A stretch of 59,970 nt of DNA, filler included, from Sphacelaria rigidula (lineage: Eukaryota), in NCBI GenBank assembly GCA_964200075.2. It is 10 parts of 10 records of this genome, joined end to end, with 100 filler letters (N's around TTAATTAATTAA, not from the genome) between each part and the next. Parts side by side here need not be neighbours in the genome. Positions count along the whole stretch, not along the records: positions 24,032 to 29,938 come from CAXNAA020023582.1; positions 30,039 to 35,945 come from CAXNAA020023583.1; positions 36,046 to 41,952 come from CAXNAA020023584.1; 7 more parts are not named here. The stretch is one strand, 5' to 3'. Positions within the stretch are counted from its first letter, which is position 1; every line of letters starts with the position of its first letter. The notes beneath the pieces are model-generated. The model saw nothing but the letters and a program-made list of their open reading frames with translations, was not told the origin of the DNA and ran no database searches. Shown here piece by piece: positions 25,648 through 38,600 of this stretch. The position numbers and the translations under genes were made by a program.

Positions 25648-25737
25648 CTTCGCGTCGGAGTCGGCGCAGGGTGCGAGCGTCTATTGTATCAGAGGCCCTT
25701 GAACTCATATCGCCAGTGATAGATGACAGAGCAACAG
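25648..25737 (-). CDS. Candidate 90-nt internal exon of an unidentified gene (VALSSITGDMSSRASDTIDARTLRRLRRE)
   Basis: GTGTAG acceptor, GTACGC donor, one open frame; other exon-like pieces on the same strand near 25910-25957, 25135-25191 and 24779-24835. No recognisable domain. Confidence 0.3.
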
Positions 25738-28700
25738 CTACACACGGCTAGACGATGAACAAAACAAACTAGATGCGCATTCAAGGCACACAGTAGTAGT
25801 GTAGTATACACGCAGTGCGGCAGTCCGAACACAACGCAACCCAATAACAAAAGTACTGCAGAGGCAGTGCCGGAGCTCCAACTATGATGTGAAAAAGAGT
25901 GAAGGCACCTTGAGAAGGGTGTAATGGTGTTCACCAAGATTGTTCCAAGGTTCAGACCTGTGTGCACGTCGTTTGTTTACTCGGCTCAGCAGCGCGGGCT
26001 GACCACAGTCGCTCTCATGTAGGCCACACAAGGAGACAACAAGCAAACCAAGACCAGGATAGCACCGTTTTATCACGCATTCACTGCATCCAACTTCACC
26101 TACAGACAGGAAGATACAATACAAACCGAAACAAGCCGAAACCTCTATCAATAAAATACACCAGACAAAACAGCAGCCCGACTACTGCTCTCATCTCTGG
26201 GACTCACTTTCTCGCGGTTTGTAGATACTCCAATGGGAACTGTGGAGTCGCAGCCCAAACCGGAATGAAACGAGAGTGGGGTCGTGGGGGCTGCTATTTC
26301 AAACATGTTTCGCCGCCCCCTAAATCAACATAAGCTGAGGTCATACCAAAAAATCCAAAAGCCGTGCTCGTCAATTCATGCCATGGTTGGGTCATCACCT
26401 TTTTTCGAATTCAAATACATGCTCTCCGTAGAACGTCAACCTCAAGGGGCAGCGAAGTCTCCGCTAATTGAACATGAAAATATCCATCATTCAATGTCAC
26501 CTTTGCCCAAGATCATGGCTACGTCCTGCAGTCACATCATATCACATATTGTATAAGCGTCGCTACAAACATGATTTGTAACCAAGATGATCCATATGAT
26601 GTTACCTTGTCCAGAAAATTAATAATCCAAACCATGCCACCCCAACCCAACTCCAACTCCCATTCCGAAATATTGTATTATATATTATTTATAATCGCGC
26701 GTCGGAACAACAAATTTCAGTAATGTTTGAGTTTGGGTTGGTTGAGATCGGATCGTTATTTTTGGGGAAAGGGAGCACAATATTATCGTTCTGGCGTCAT
26801 GCATCCACCACCGCGAACACGGGATGAAAAGGTGATGGCGCCGGGTGATGAATGTGCAAAAAATACCCAATGTTCATCGGCAGTCTTTGCAACAGTATAC
26901 ATACCCGGCAGTACTTTTGTGATATTTCGCAGGCAGCATTTGTCTAAAGTTTTCACGCATGCCACCGCTCATCCCAGAGAATATTTGATCCTCAAGTCTA
27001 GGGATCGGAAGATACTATACATCCACTCCACAACATTGAAAAGTTGACGGGCTGAAGTGACATTTTCCGGGACACTGCGGCTACGGAGTCGTAGTTTCCA
27101 ACCCTTCGGTATTTTGCTCGATGGAAGCAATCCATGGAGGCAACCCCGACCGTTGCTGTGAACAAGCGAAGTGAAGTTTTGTTTTATTCATTATCTATTC
27201 TTTGCGCTATAGTCGGAAAACTTTGGGTTTTGGACCAGTGACGGTCGATATCCCCCGATGGACGTTGTGTTTACTGCGCCCCACCCCGACGACAGCGACT
27301 TGATGATTGTCCCCATCAGGGTGACCTGCTTCCGTTTTTAAATGTGGATAGACGCTAGAAATTTCGAGAGGTGACATAATGTACCACAAAATTCAGAAAC
27401 TTACCCAGGTACGAAAATTGCCGAACCGTGCAGAGAAGAGGATACTCGTGACAGCTCTCGTAAAACACACTTGCAGGCCTTTATTTTTCATTTCAAAATA
27501 ACCGTTGCGCTACAGCCGAGGAGATATGAGGTTAGGACCCAAAACGGTCAAAAAGACCCTGTCGATTCGACTTGTAGGTCGTTCGATATTGAGTACAGAG
27601 GTAATTTTATTTCAAAACGTGAAGCGTGTGCCTGGTGTCGCCTCATCTCGAACTCTGGGGGTCAAACGTGCTTCAGGATGAGCGGTGGTATACCAAAACC
27701 TACGGGAAATTGCCACATAGATCTTTTGTTCCGAGAATCTCCTGGGAAATCTATCACCACAGCGCAGATATTCGAATTCGTACCGGGTTGCTTCGCCACG
27801 TGAGGGCAGATGAACTGCGTCCGGTTCGCGCTGCAGGGAGAGACCTGCCGCCGTAAGTTATCTCAGTCCCGACGCTGAGCGATATCGTCCCACGAAGAAC
27901 CCCAGCATCTGGCTTCACATCCTTAATATCATCGAGGCAGTAAAATGGCGTCATGGAGGTACAGGGTTAGGGTATACAGATGTCCTGCCGAACACACGTG
28001 CGCACCAAAGGTGAAGAGAAAACGCCAACACCTCTACTGGTGCGTGATATAGTCAAAATGTGCGTCCTTTGCCCAGGAGCAGTATCAATTATTGTGATGT
28101 CTCCGTAGGCTATCCCCCTGTACTTGTAACACTCACTCTGTCTGAAACGCCCGCTTGGTTGCGGGCGCGTATCCCCCGTCGTTCGTGGATGCACAGGGCT
28201 CGCCAATCTTCTCTGCACGCACTCCCGGATGCTTAATTTCCAAGCGTAGCTTTGACACTTCCATCTCCGCCAGCTCGAAGTTCAGGAGTGTGGCACTTAT
28301 CTGTCGATGGACAAGAGCACGTCGACAAAACGCAATTTATTCTCAAGACAGATACACATGTAAAAACAAAGTAGTATTTCCCAATTAACGACTTGAGTCG
28401 TTTGGCTCGCGTCCGACAGTACAAAAAGTGCATCTGTATGGCACCTAAATATCATAGCCGGCAATGATTGATCCAGGTGCCTTGAAAATGAGTTCGTGTC
28501 TGCGTGGGGGGCAACAGCGCGTCCGTATGCAAGGGATGAGAACGAGAATGCTCGGTAGAGCATAATGCCGTCATTTCTTATTATTTACTTTGCGTGACAT
28601 GCACTTTATGTGTGCGATACCCGCGATGAACGCTCGACGTACATTAGGCAGGTTCTTCGGTTTCGGGACGTTTGACCCAGCTTTTCGCACCCAAACAGGG

Positions 28701-29209
28701 AACATCGGCATGACATATCTTGGACATTCACATCACCCCATCGAGATATTTCCCTTCCCGATCCGCCTGGCTCGAGATTTCGACAACAGACTCTAGGCAA
28801 AAATCTAACTCGACATGAACAAATACGGCGTCTGCAGTTAATACAGGTGTTTGGGGATTTTCCCTCGTGCTCGTGTATTTTCATGTTAAATTGGATTTTC
28901 GGAGGCCATTCTGGAAACCACGCAGCGAGGCTTATCGGGAAGGTGGTCTAGGCTCGTTTCCGTGGCGTGATGCGGAGTGTTCAAGACAAGTGATGACGAT
29001 AGTCCCTGTTTGGCGACCGAAATCTAAAACACACGTCCCAAAACTGAAAAACCAAGCGAAAAAAGAAGGAATTAGGAAACAGGGCCACTCCCTATTTTGT
29101 GAACAAAAACAACATCCAGTGTAAACTTGCTTTTAGGCCCTTTTCCGTCGTTTGACGTCAGAGAGGGCTACGCGAATGTTGGCCCCTTGGAATGACTCGC
29201 TCTACTCGT

Positions 29210-29810
29210 TGAGACCGTTCCAGGGCATCTTTGCGTTTTCCGGTGGCAACAGTTTATTTCTGGCCAAACTTGTGTTTTCAAATAACAAACGGTCAAGTTA
29301 TAAAAAATGCCACCAATTACGTCACCTCTCATGTGTTGCAAAATATCTTGTTGAAAAGTGCATTTTGGCCCTTCTTGGTTTCAAGCCCAAAAAGAGGGCT
29401 AGGCGGATGTCACTTGGAATTACTTCTTTCCCTTGTTTACCCGTTCCGTGGCACCTTTGCGTTTCACGGTGACCGCATTTCTGTTTTTGGCCAAAGTTTC
29501 GTTTTCAATAACAAACCATCAAGTTATGAAAAAAATTGGGGTGACAACTTACAGTTTTTTTTCATAACTTGGCCGTTTTGATTGATTGATTTGGTTCAGA
29601 TTCGACTTGACTTGACTGGCGTACTTTGACTGACCCCCCAGGCGTCTAGCCGTGGTCGCGTGATAGACGTACCCAAGAGAAGAAAAACTAAAACAACCAC
29701 TGAAGAAACGAAGGAATAGGGGGAAAAAGGCCAAACAGGATGCTATAGAAAATACAAGTTTGGCCAAAACTGCAGCCACCGTGAAACGCGAAGGTGTACA
29801 GGAACGGTCT
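29210..29810. mobile_element. Foldback-type repeat with direct and inverted modules and an (AATC)n retroposon end in the centre
   Basis: 29441-29506 is inverted at 29746-29807; GGCCAAA.TT..GTTTTCAA.TAACAAAC..TCAAGTTAT recurs at 29262 and 29489. Confidence 0.6.
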
Positions 29811-30582
29811 CCGCGAGAAAAGCACATAATTCCAGGTGATGACAACCGCCTGCCCCCACTTTTGCATGTGCCTGGTCCGGCGAGAACCCGGCGTGCTCCG
29901 TCCCGGCTTTGTAGGGGCGGACCCCCGATGGGGTTGGCNNNNNNNNNNNNNNNNNNNNNNNNNNNNNNNNNNNNNNNNNNNNTTAATTAATTAANNNNNN
30001 NNNNNNNNNNNNNNNNNNNNNNNNNNNNNNNNNNNNNNCCCCAAACCCCCGATCATGAGTACACCCCCCAAACCCCCTACCCCAATCCAACCCCAGGAAT
30101 CTCGTATCCGTAGGTGTAATATTCTTTCCGGTGTTCCCCAGTCGTTTGCAAGACAGTATTTCTGTCGGGAAAGCTTGAGGGGGGGTGATTACTATCGCAA
30201 CCGTCTTACCAGGCACCCTTTACCAACACTTCCCTTTTCTTCCATGGCGCTGCACACAAATCTGCCTAAACCTACATACGCTCACTCACCCCCATTTGGA
30301 CGGTCGAGCAAGGAGTGGTGTGAAATTTACAAAAGGTCAAAGTTACAAGCCGACGGAAATCTCGTCTTTATCTGTATCGGTCACGAGCGCGCGACGCACG
30401 CCACGGTCAACCCTCTCGGCGCTGCATTGCGGTTGATCAAAGTACGGTGTTGCTGTCCACAGAAGCCACAATACGCGGCGTCTGAACCTCTTGCCCTGCT
30501 TTATTGACCAAACCTGGACGTCCAGAACGCCGTCCTTTACAATTATATACTCTTCTCTTGTTGTGACTTCGCGACAATGATT

Positions 30583-30975
30583 TCATCCAATACCCCCTTT
30601 GGAATCTTGGCCCCGAAAACTGAGTCTTCGACATGAACCCGTGACCAAATCTGACGCTATCCACTCCACGTCCGGGGCCAACTTCCGCTTCCTGGTGGTG
30701 ATGTCGACCCCAGCCCCGTCACAACTTTCTGTGGTCTTGTAGTCCTCGGTGAGCTTACCCTTTCCGTATTCTCTGATGCTACAATCAGCAGCGCCGCTGC
30801 GAGCTTTGGAGCTCGCAGGTGACCACCAGCGCACCTTAACGTCGGCCTCACTGCCGACCGTCTCCCGTATGTCGATCACCTTGCCCACCAAAAACGGGGC
30901 TTCGTCGGGAAGGAAGAAAACGAAGTCTCCCTTGACGAATGAAATAGAGGTTGCCGGCTTTTGCGGCCTGCCTCC
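30583..30975 (-). CDS. Probable C-terminal exon of the same gene, SH3-fold-like segment (KGDFVFF...PFLVGKVIDI...VKVRWW)
   Basis: Same strand, downstream; GDFV..GKV..V.WW pattern. Linkage to upstream exons not demonstrated. Confidence 0.45.
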   Translation of the reverse strand, partial: GGRPQKPATSISFVKGDFVFFLPDEAPFLVGKVIDIRETVGSEADVKVRWWSPASSKARSGAADCSIREYGKGKLTEDYKTTESCDGAGVDITTRKRKLAPDVEWIASDLVTGSCRRLSFRGQDSKGGIG

Positions 30976-31567
30976 TGCGTATCACGATGCGCGCAGAAGT
31001 ATACACGCGTACGTAGTCGACAAAAACAAAAAAACTGTGTGAACAGAGGACGGCAGGTATACCCTGACCGCCCTATCTGTAAATGAAACTGTCAGTACTG
31101 AACCCTCCGGAAATAGGCCCTCACCTACAACTTGGGTACCCCGGGGTAACGCAGAGACGTCATTTTGAGTCAAAGCAAAGCCCACTTTGTCTATCCCTGT
31201 ATTGTACTCTCAGGTACTTCGGTTGCCCGAGGGCTCGCTGTCTACCTTGCGTTAGGGGTGTGCTCCATCTCTAAGCGCCATGCTTTTGACAAGAACAACT
31301 AGCGTGTGCTGAGAGGACAGAGAATAACGAGCCTATAAAAGATTACACCCTTTTGACATAATGCCGTACAGCGGGTACAGGCTTAGGGTCCGAGCACATC
31401 GTGAGACCACCGACCAAGGACTAAATCAACACCGGTTGCCAAAGTCGGGAATGCGTCAAACGGAACAAATATAACAACAAGGTGGGAAGCGGTTGCAAAC
31501 ACCGTGCACCCGCGACCACACGAGGATAGTTTGGGCGGCACAATATAAAGAAGAATCTCCGGTGTAC

Positions 31568-32010
31568 GCGCATCTAGGGGGTAGAGGAACGCCAGGCGAT
31601 AGTGCACGGCATTGTAGCGAGCCAGAATGCGTGCCCGCGCGGCTGCATCGACGACCTTTGGGTTGAAGGGAGACGCTAACTCCATATCTGGGACACCCGC
31701 TCGGAAAAGTAAGTGTGGGGGGCCTTTGGGGACACCGGGAGCCGTCATCCCGGTGAAGTCAGGCTTGTGTATGTACTGCTTCATACCAACGCTGACCTGG
31801 GCCGGCCCCGCGGGCCGGATCTCGAACGACCGTGGCGACGTTATGCCAACGATGGGAAACACGCGACCGCCGTCTATCACGGCCCCTTTTAAGTTGCCCA
31901 AGGAGCGGAGAGTGCTGGTGTAGACGGGCTGGCTCGTGTACGCGGCACTGAAGGCCTCTGCCTGCTGTTGTCTCGTGAACAGGCAAGAGCCCTTACAGTG
32001 TACGGCGATC
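31568..32010 (-). CDS. DUF7869/Sola1-like transposase exon (IAVHCK...AAYTSQPVY..LRSLGNLK...IVGITSPRSF)
   Basis: TTAACAG acceptor continues FSR|IAVH in phase; 3' boundary uncertain. Confidence 0.7.
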
Positions 32011-32525
32011 CTGTTAAACAACCGTAATTAAGTACCAAAAGTGGCTATCGATGACATACTTCCACCTACATACTAACCCTTCGATGTCAAAAGTAAATCG
32101 TGACATTGAGATATGTTTGGATACTCATGTACCGTGCAACCGTACCTTCTTACCCCTGTGAAAGTCGTACTGATACCGTACATAATTTGACATCGGAAAT
32201 GACCACCCGCGTATCGGCATTATGTGCAGGACTTACTTCGGGATTTTATTTCGAATTTTTATTTGGTTGGAATTTCGTCCATGAATTCTGTTATTTGATG
32301 ACTTAGACTTCGTTCAAAAAAGGAAGAGTGAGGTTTTGCGAATACGAACCCAACCACGGTCTCGGTCCTCAATATTTTTACATAGGTGGGGAGTTACAGC
32401 CGATTCCCAGCCCAATTACCAAGGTCAATTACCGCGGTAAATTACAAAGGTTTACTGAGTGATCCCACGGTAGGGGTGCACAAAATATTTCTACCGTTCG
32501 AATTTGTAGGAGCCCTCCATCTCAT

Positions 32526-32552
32526 GAGGGTTAGGGTTAGGGTTATGGTTGG
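32526..32552 (+). repeat. Short interstitial (TTAGGG)n-like tract in a transposase intron
   Basis: GAGGGTTAGGGTTAGGGTTATGGTTGG followed by CCTAACCCTA. Confidence 0.6.
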
Positions 32553-33003
32553 GGCCTAACCCTAGGATGAGCGAGGCCATACATCACAGCCGGATGATCC
32601 AGTTGTGTTTTTTTATTTCGAGAATATGCATTGCTGTCGGAGGTCCCCAACGTTCACCCCCAATAACACAGTCTAGCCGCAGTTTATGCGGTGAAAAACA
32701 TATACGAAATGGGTTACACGCGCTCTCGGTGTTCTGTCGCAACAACTCATCCCTACGTGTGCCATACGCGCGTACTGCCTGCGTTGGTACCAAACACATC
32801 GCGGGGATTTGGGTCTGTCGTCCAATTGGCAACTCCTTAAAACTTCCCCAGGCACAGAACTTTTGTGAACCTTTACTCGGTGTTCAGGCACAGACTGGTC
32901 CGCCGCGAAGTGTTGTGTTGTGTGTGGTGTGCGGTCGTGCGGTGTTGCTCCCCGATTGTGCGATACCGATCTTCAATTTCGACGCACACTTCTTTGTACA
33001 CAC

Positions 33004-33253
33004 CTCGAGAAGACCTGGTCGATCATGATGTGGGTATGTCCAACCATCATGAAGTTGACCTCAACCCGTCCGATTACGCCTCGAGCAACCAGAGAACCCA
33101 GGTACGTTAAGACGATATGGTTCTTGTTCTCCCCCACGCAGTTGTCGAATTGGACGTATAGTTCGTCTATGTACCCTAGGGTGCCGACGCTGTAGTGCGT
33201 GTCGAACAGTCGCGTCAGTGCCCGCTGAATGGAGGTGCATATAAGATTACTAC
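33004..33253 (-). CDS. DUF7869/Sola1-like transposase core exon (SNLICTSIQRAL...LYVQFDNCVGENKN...EVNFMMVGHTHIMIDQVFSR)
   Basis: Not in the ORF track. Carries the family motifs LY.Q.DNC..ENKN and F..VGHTH..IDQ.FS; TCGTAG acceptor, GTGTGT donor. Confidence 0.88.
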
Positions 33254-33556
33254 CTACGAAACAAGTACACGGTAAGGTGGTGACGGGATGGCGGGACGGA
33301 CAGTGTGCAATGTTCGTTAGGTTTGTGAAAGAAATGCTGTGGTGGACTGTGGTGCAGTGTGCTGTACCGTACCACGCGCCTCGGCGGCAGACGTATCGAA
33401 CGAATAGACTACGGCAGACGAACAGTTACTTACTTCGAATTGGGTGGGCGGCGATACTTCGGTAAAAAAAAATCGAGATGCGCACGAATCATGCCGACGA
33501 TCGCCTCACGGTATACTTCGGCGACTGCGTAACACGAGCACCGTACTCGAACTCAC

Positions 33557-33645
33557 CGCCTCCGACCGTCTGAGGTGCCAGGAAGAAATCCACGAACTGT
33601 CCCTCCACGAGAATTGCCATGATTTTTCGGCGTTCGGCATATCCC
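33557..33645 (-). CDS. DUF7869/Sola1-like transposase exon (GYAERRKIMAILVEGQFVDFFLAPQTVGG)
   Basis: GACAG acceptor, GTGAGT donor, phases match both neighbours. Confidence 0.75.
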
Positions 33646-33836
33646 CTGTCAGTCGCCACATTGCGCATCGTGCATAGCCGTGGAGTCGTATCAGACACGA
33701 TACAGTCTACATCGACGTCGACGCACGCGCGAGCGAGTATACACCAACACTATGGTTGTGGGTGTACGCGGGTGTTGGAGGCGCTAACCAAAGGGGGACA
33801 CCGTCGAATGCACGGTCAATTGTCGTTCGTACTCAC

Positions 33837-34000
33837 TTGTCTGTGCCGTGCGTCACTGGAGAGCACATAGGTAGAGCGAACACCGTTTGGGCTGCCGCAT
33901 CGGCTTGTAGAGACACAAACTTCAACGGCTCCTGATTGACCTTCGCTCGAATGGCAGCCTGACTGATGAAAGCCAGGCGCTGACGGTCTAGAGTCACCAA
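33837..34000 (-). CDS. DUF7869/Sola1-like transposase exon with first Asp (KFVSLQADAAAQTVFALP)
   Basis: TTACAG acceptor, GTGAGT donor; corresponds to the family 'SIIIDGMDQ...LP' motif; phase 2 matches next exon. Confidence 0.75.
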
Positions 34001-34732
34001 CTGTAACGGTCGAGGGGATGTGCGCATCGTAAGATTGATGAGGAATATCTCGAGCTGTGTATCTACCAGTGGGATAAACCATGTGCCTCAAGCCGTGGTC
34101 GCATGAGAGACGAACTCGGGAATAAAGGAAGCACAGAAACACCCGCTCAGGAGGCGTGAAGTAACCATAAATATTGAAAACACAAACACAGCTAATAAAT
34201 TCATATCAACATACACACTGTGCCACCAAGGAGGAAAGTTATCAAGATAAATCAACCTACACCGCAATAAACGAAACCAATCCGAAATAGCGAACAATAA
34301 AAAAGCTAGGTAAATGATAAGAGAACTGGTCGGCTGTTGATACGCGGCTCGGGCGGAGAGAGTTTCCGCCAAGACCACGTGTAAGTGGGAAACGCTACTC
34401 GATCGCATAGACCTGGGAAACTTGAATGGAGGGTCACTCGCGACCTACGCGACCTGCGATACCGTGATGCAATGAGCCGAGGGCGCATAGGGAGATGGAG
34501 ATTTACTCGACAGAATTTCGATGCGTACTCGCGTCGAAACATTTCATATCGCCGGGTCGCTGCAGGCACGAGCTGAGGAAATATAATGGTCAGGAAATAT
34601 CCTCTCCTTGACTGATTCGATACATCTGCGGCTGCTTTGGATGCTTTCGTGTCGTAATCTCACAAATTGCGTATCCTCGTTTATCCGGTGACACGACGAG
34701 CTGCCGACAATTTCGACGAGAAGACGACTCAC

Positions 34733-35050
34733 ATGCAAGTGCGCCTTCTGCTCCATAGCGACCTCCTCCATCTTGCCGGGGTCAGCGGTGACCCTCACAC
34801 CAGAACTTCCATCAAGGGTGTCACGGTACAGAGTGCACGCGTTACACTTCATGAATATGCGGCCTTGTAGTGGGGTCGGTCCTTGCGCATCGTGGTGTAA
34901 AAATAGCGAAGACTTGCGGCCACCCCCTCTCCCGTACTACGCATATCCTCCACGAACGCATCGTACACTTCCCGTCATTGGGGATGTAAGGTGGTCGCGT
35001 GTTTCGAGGGATCGTGCGCAGGAAATTGAGCCCGCAACGCCGGATAGTTA
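34733..35050 (-). pseudogene. DUF7869/Sola1-like transposase, upstream exon (REVYDAF...SLRYFYTTMRKDRPHYK / FMKCNAC...EQKAHLH)
   Basis: F.KC..C...H motif, GTGAGT donor in phase 0 to the 34000 exon; contains an apparent stop and frameshift; 5' limit approximate. Confidence 0.65.
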
Positions 35051-38000
35051 CGCTATACGGCTAGGAAAATGTGCGCGTGCATGAAGTTGTTAGTGCAACA
35101 TCAGTGTGCGTATGAAGCCAAACAACGAGCACACAAGCGCGATGCGCTGCGTCCTGGGCGCGGCGCGTATATCTGTACTGTCATCCACCGCATTGCCTCT
35201 TTCTGCGACGCTATTCGCAGGGGGGGATGGATCCGACGGTTGAACTGAATCAGATAGGACACGATATTAAAAATTGGGGATGGATATTTCATTGAGGTTG
35301 AGCGTTGGGAACCTTCGTAAGCATCACTACATTTCCGAAATACAAAAAAGAATCTGCCCTCTCTCCGATTGTGCCTTGTGGCGTGGCTCCTCCTGAACAA
35401 TAGTCCGTCTGCAATTTGTGAAATCCTGTACTTACAAGGAACAAGTTAATCCTCCGGTCCTTCCTGTCTCTTACACTGCTCTTGTATCCCAGAGTCCCCT
35501 GAAAAACACGGGATTTTACAAATGACCGGCGTTTTCTCCCGTGATGAGCGACGCCACACATTACAGCCGAAGACTGCATTTGTCATTTTATTCCGAAAAC
35601 ATTTCGATGCTTGTGATGGTTCCCAAGGTTATTCCTCCGTAAAAACTGTGCTCAATTTCCGAAATTGCGTGCTAGATGCGCTAAGGGGTAGTCGATAGTC
35701 CAGCAATTTGAATTGGAATCGAAGACTATGAACACCGTCGGGGATCAATTTGCTCCAGAATCGTACCTCTAGCCCGACGAAAACACAAATCGAAACGATA
35801 TTTACCAACTACCTCCTCAAATGTTTTGGCAAAACATAAACAAACGAAACTGAAATAAGACGCGGTTTACCGTGAGTGGTGCCGCGAGAGCGCCCCCTCC
35901 CCCCCCCACCCACCCACACACACATAACAGGGTTGCCAGAAAAATNNNNNNNNNNNNNNNNNNNNNNNNNNNNNNNNNNNNNNNNNNNNTTAATTAATTA
36001 ANNNNNNNNNNNNNNNNNNNNNNNNNNNNNNNNNNNNNNNNNNNNGAAACTAAATCCGAAAAATGGACACAACCCCGGGGAGCGGTTGATTCTCATTTCA
36101 AGATACGTTCTCATTTTTCTGGCAACCCTGTTAGTACGCAGACCTGCATGATAAACCCCAGCCCCAAGCCATCGCGATCAATATGCTCATCAGGTACAGA
36201 CCACCTGTCTAATGCGGCCAGAGAATCCCATGACCCTTACTTTATAGCATCTTACGTCAGGGTCAATCGCTGGGGATTTCGACGTACGATGCGTAGTGTA
36301 ACGCACCCGAACCCGACGCCCACAAAACCACAGACGCCGACCGTGCATCGCTGAGAAACGCGCTGGAGCGGCCACCCTCTAATCACACACCGCTCAACAC
36401 GGATCATGAAATCGCTCACTGCCCATCGGCGATGGTGACCGTTTTCAGACGAGAACGTTTCTCATCAACGTCGGACTCTTGTTGTACATTCAAGATCCCG
36501 TGGAAGGGTCTCCGAAAACGAGAGCACCAAACAGACTTGCCGTTGGGCGGGACATCAGTTCCGCCACACGCGGTTTCCCTCGGTCCCGTCATGCAGCACC
36601 TAACGGGTGAAAAGTCTCATGTACTCTTTACAGCACACATTATATATTTGCGTTGCCTGCACGTTCCGAACCGCGAGCAAGACGAATCCTAAAGCGAGTG
36701 ACTGGGGGCGTATCTCCACAGATGCACAAGCAGCCGCAACCCTCCTGGAGCGTTCAGAGAGGCAGATCCCTCGTGAGGCGTCGACCAACGTCTTCGAAGA
36801 GTAAATTTGCATGAATTGTAACACGCGCGTCGACTGCGGTGGACCGTAACGGTTGTCGTAGGCTACAGTGTTTCGAAAGTAAGGATTGTGCGTGCAGCAC
36901 ATGTTTGTGTCACGCTTAGGGTTGCACCCCTTATGCTAGCACACTTTCTGGCATCATTCCATCTTGCACAAAAAGCGTAGCGTTTCAGCAGGTGGCACAG
37001 ATAGCGCAGCGTTTCGGCAAGTAGCGTAATCGATAATGGTTTTTAAAATCGGGGGCATAATGGAGCATAAATTCTCCAGTAGACTTGGCAACACTGATCT
37101 AAATGTCGACGTGGTGTGCTATGTTGGGGTTAAACTCTGCTATCACCGACCGCGGTCGGGTATGAAATACGTGAATGTTGAGGAACCAGTCATTCAAACT
37201 GCCGGTCTGACTTTCGTTTCTTTGTTTCACTTCATATATCTAAACATATATTCACTGTGTGTAATATGCATGTAGTTATCGGTGGGTCTGCATCCGGTCG
37301 AAAATGGCGCGCTTGTTGGATATTGCGAGCATAATTGAGCATAAATCCCATCTTGCGAGCATAAATCGAGCACATATTTAGTGAAATTCGAGCATAAATT
37401 GCGCTCCACGAGCCGGATCTTTCGTGAAATCACTAGCATGAGGGGCAAAAGCGTAGTAACGCTCACGGGAGATATTTTGCGCTCCGCGAACATTATCGCA
37501 ACTAGGGTTGCTCGCGAGTTGACCCGCGGCACATACGGGGTGGAGGATTTCAAGCTGCACGTCACGGACTCCATCACATCAGTAGACAACAGCAAAGAAG
37601 AAACATGGGCAAGCCTGCCTGAGGAAGAACGGAACGGAGCAGCCATAAAGGAGTTCGAAGGTGCCTGTTTGGGCAAACTCCATCGGCGGCTGGACCTGGT
37701 ACGTGACCGACACACAAAAATCAAGAGTTGAATGTTGGATAGTGAGTGATTCGGGCGATAGGTCGCCAAGACGATACAAATGTAAGGTGGATCGGACATG
37801 CTGCTGTGATAAATAAATCCATACCGCGCAGAACGGGCTTGCGACGCGCGAAATTGGCGCATGCCAGTCATCGCGCAGTCATGGGCACAACAAGGATGAA
37901 TACCCGATCATCCAGCAACGTGATAGGGAGACAATTGAAACATTTCCACGAGGTTGTTCACCTACATTTTCAACCACGGCCCGTTTTCGCAGAAATCACA

Positions 38001-38219
38001 AAGAGGGTCCCTGAGGCGGTACAACGACAGCTGGAGGGAGAGGTGGGACGAGGCCAACAACACCATCGCTCGCTTGAAGTTGACGAACGCGGGCGGCGAG
38101 AAAGACGACGACGAGGATGCTGGCGAATCGAAGGAGAATGATAGCGGTTGTCAACGACCGGCTGAGGGCAGCCGCAAAGACGAATTGTGTCCCTCGTGCG
38201 ACCCATCATCAGATGTCAG

Positions 38220-38600
38220 GTGAGAAGGGATATCATGAATCAAAGCGCAAGCCGTTTCGACGGTGCCGAGCACACCAGTTTTACCTCGCGGAGTACAATG
38301 CTACCGTCCACAATCACGCTTCGTGTATTGATTGAAACAGCGAGCTCCTTGTCTGGAACACCGCCAACGGCTCGACACTTTCATGCCGTCCTCGCAATTG
38401 CAGATACCATTGCGTACATCGCGGGATGAAGCACCAGACCTTCTGTGAGCTGCTTGTGCCTATCTCCGAGGACGCATCTCTTGCCGAGAGGAAGCGACGT
38501 CTTTGCCTGGTCTGCGAGGACGAGCCGGGGCGCCAGAAGAGGAAAAGGGACAGAACTGACGGGATCGGAGGCGGAGGGAATCCTCAAAAAAAGGGAAAGA
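38220..38600 (+). pseudogene. PHD-finger-like coding segment with an in-frame stop (CID*...SCRPRNC...KHQTFC...LCLVC)
   Basis: ORFs 38117-38335 and 38426-38800 share a frame; Cys/His spacing resembles C4HC3 if TGA at 38333 was TGC. Boundaries approximate. Confidence 0.45.
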
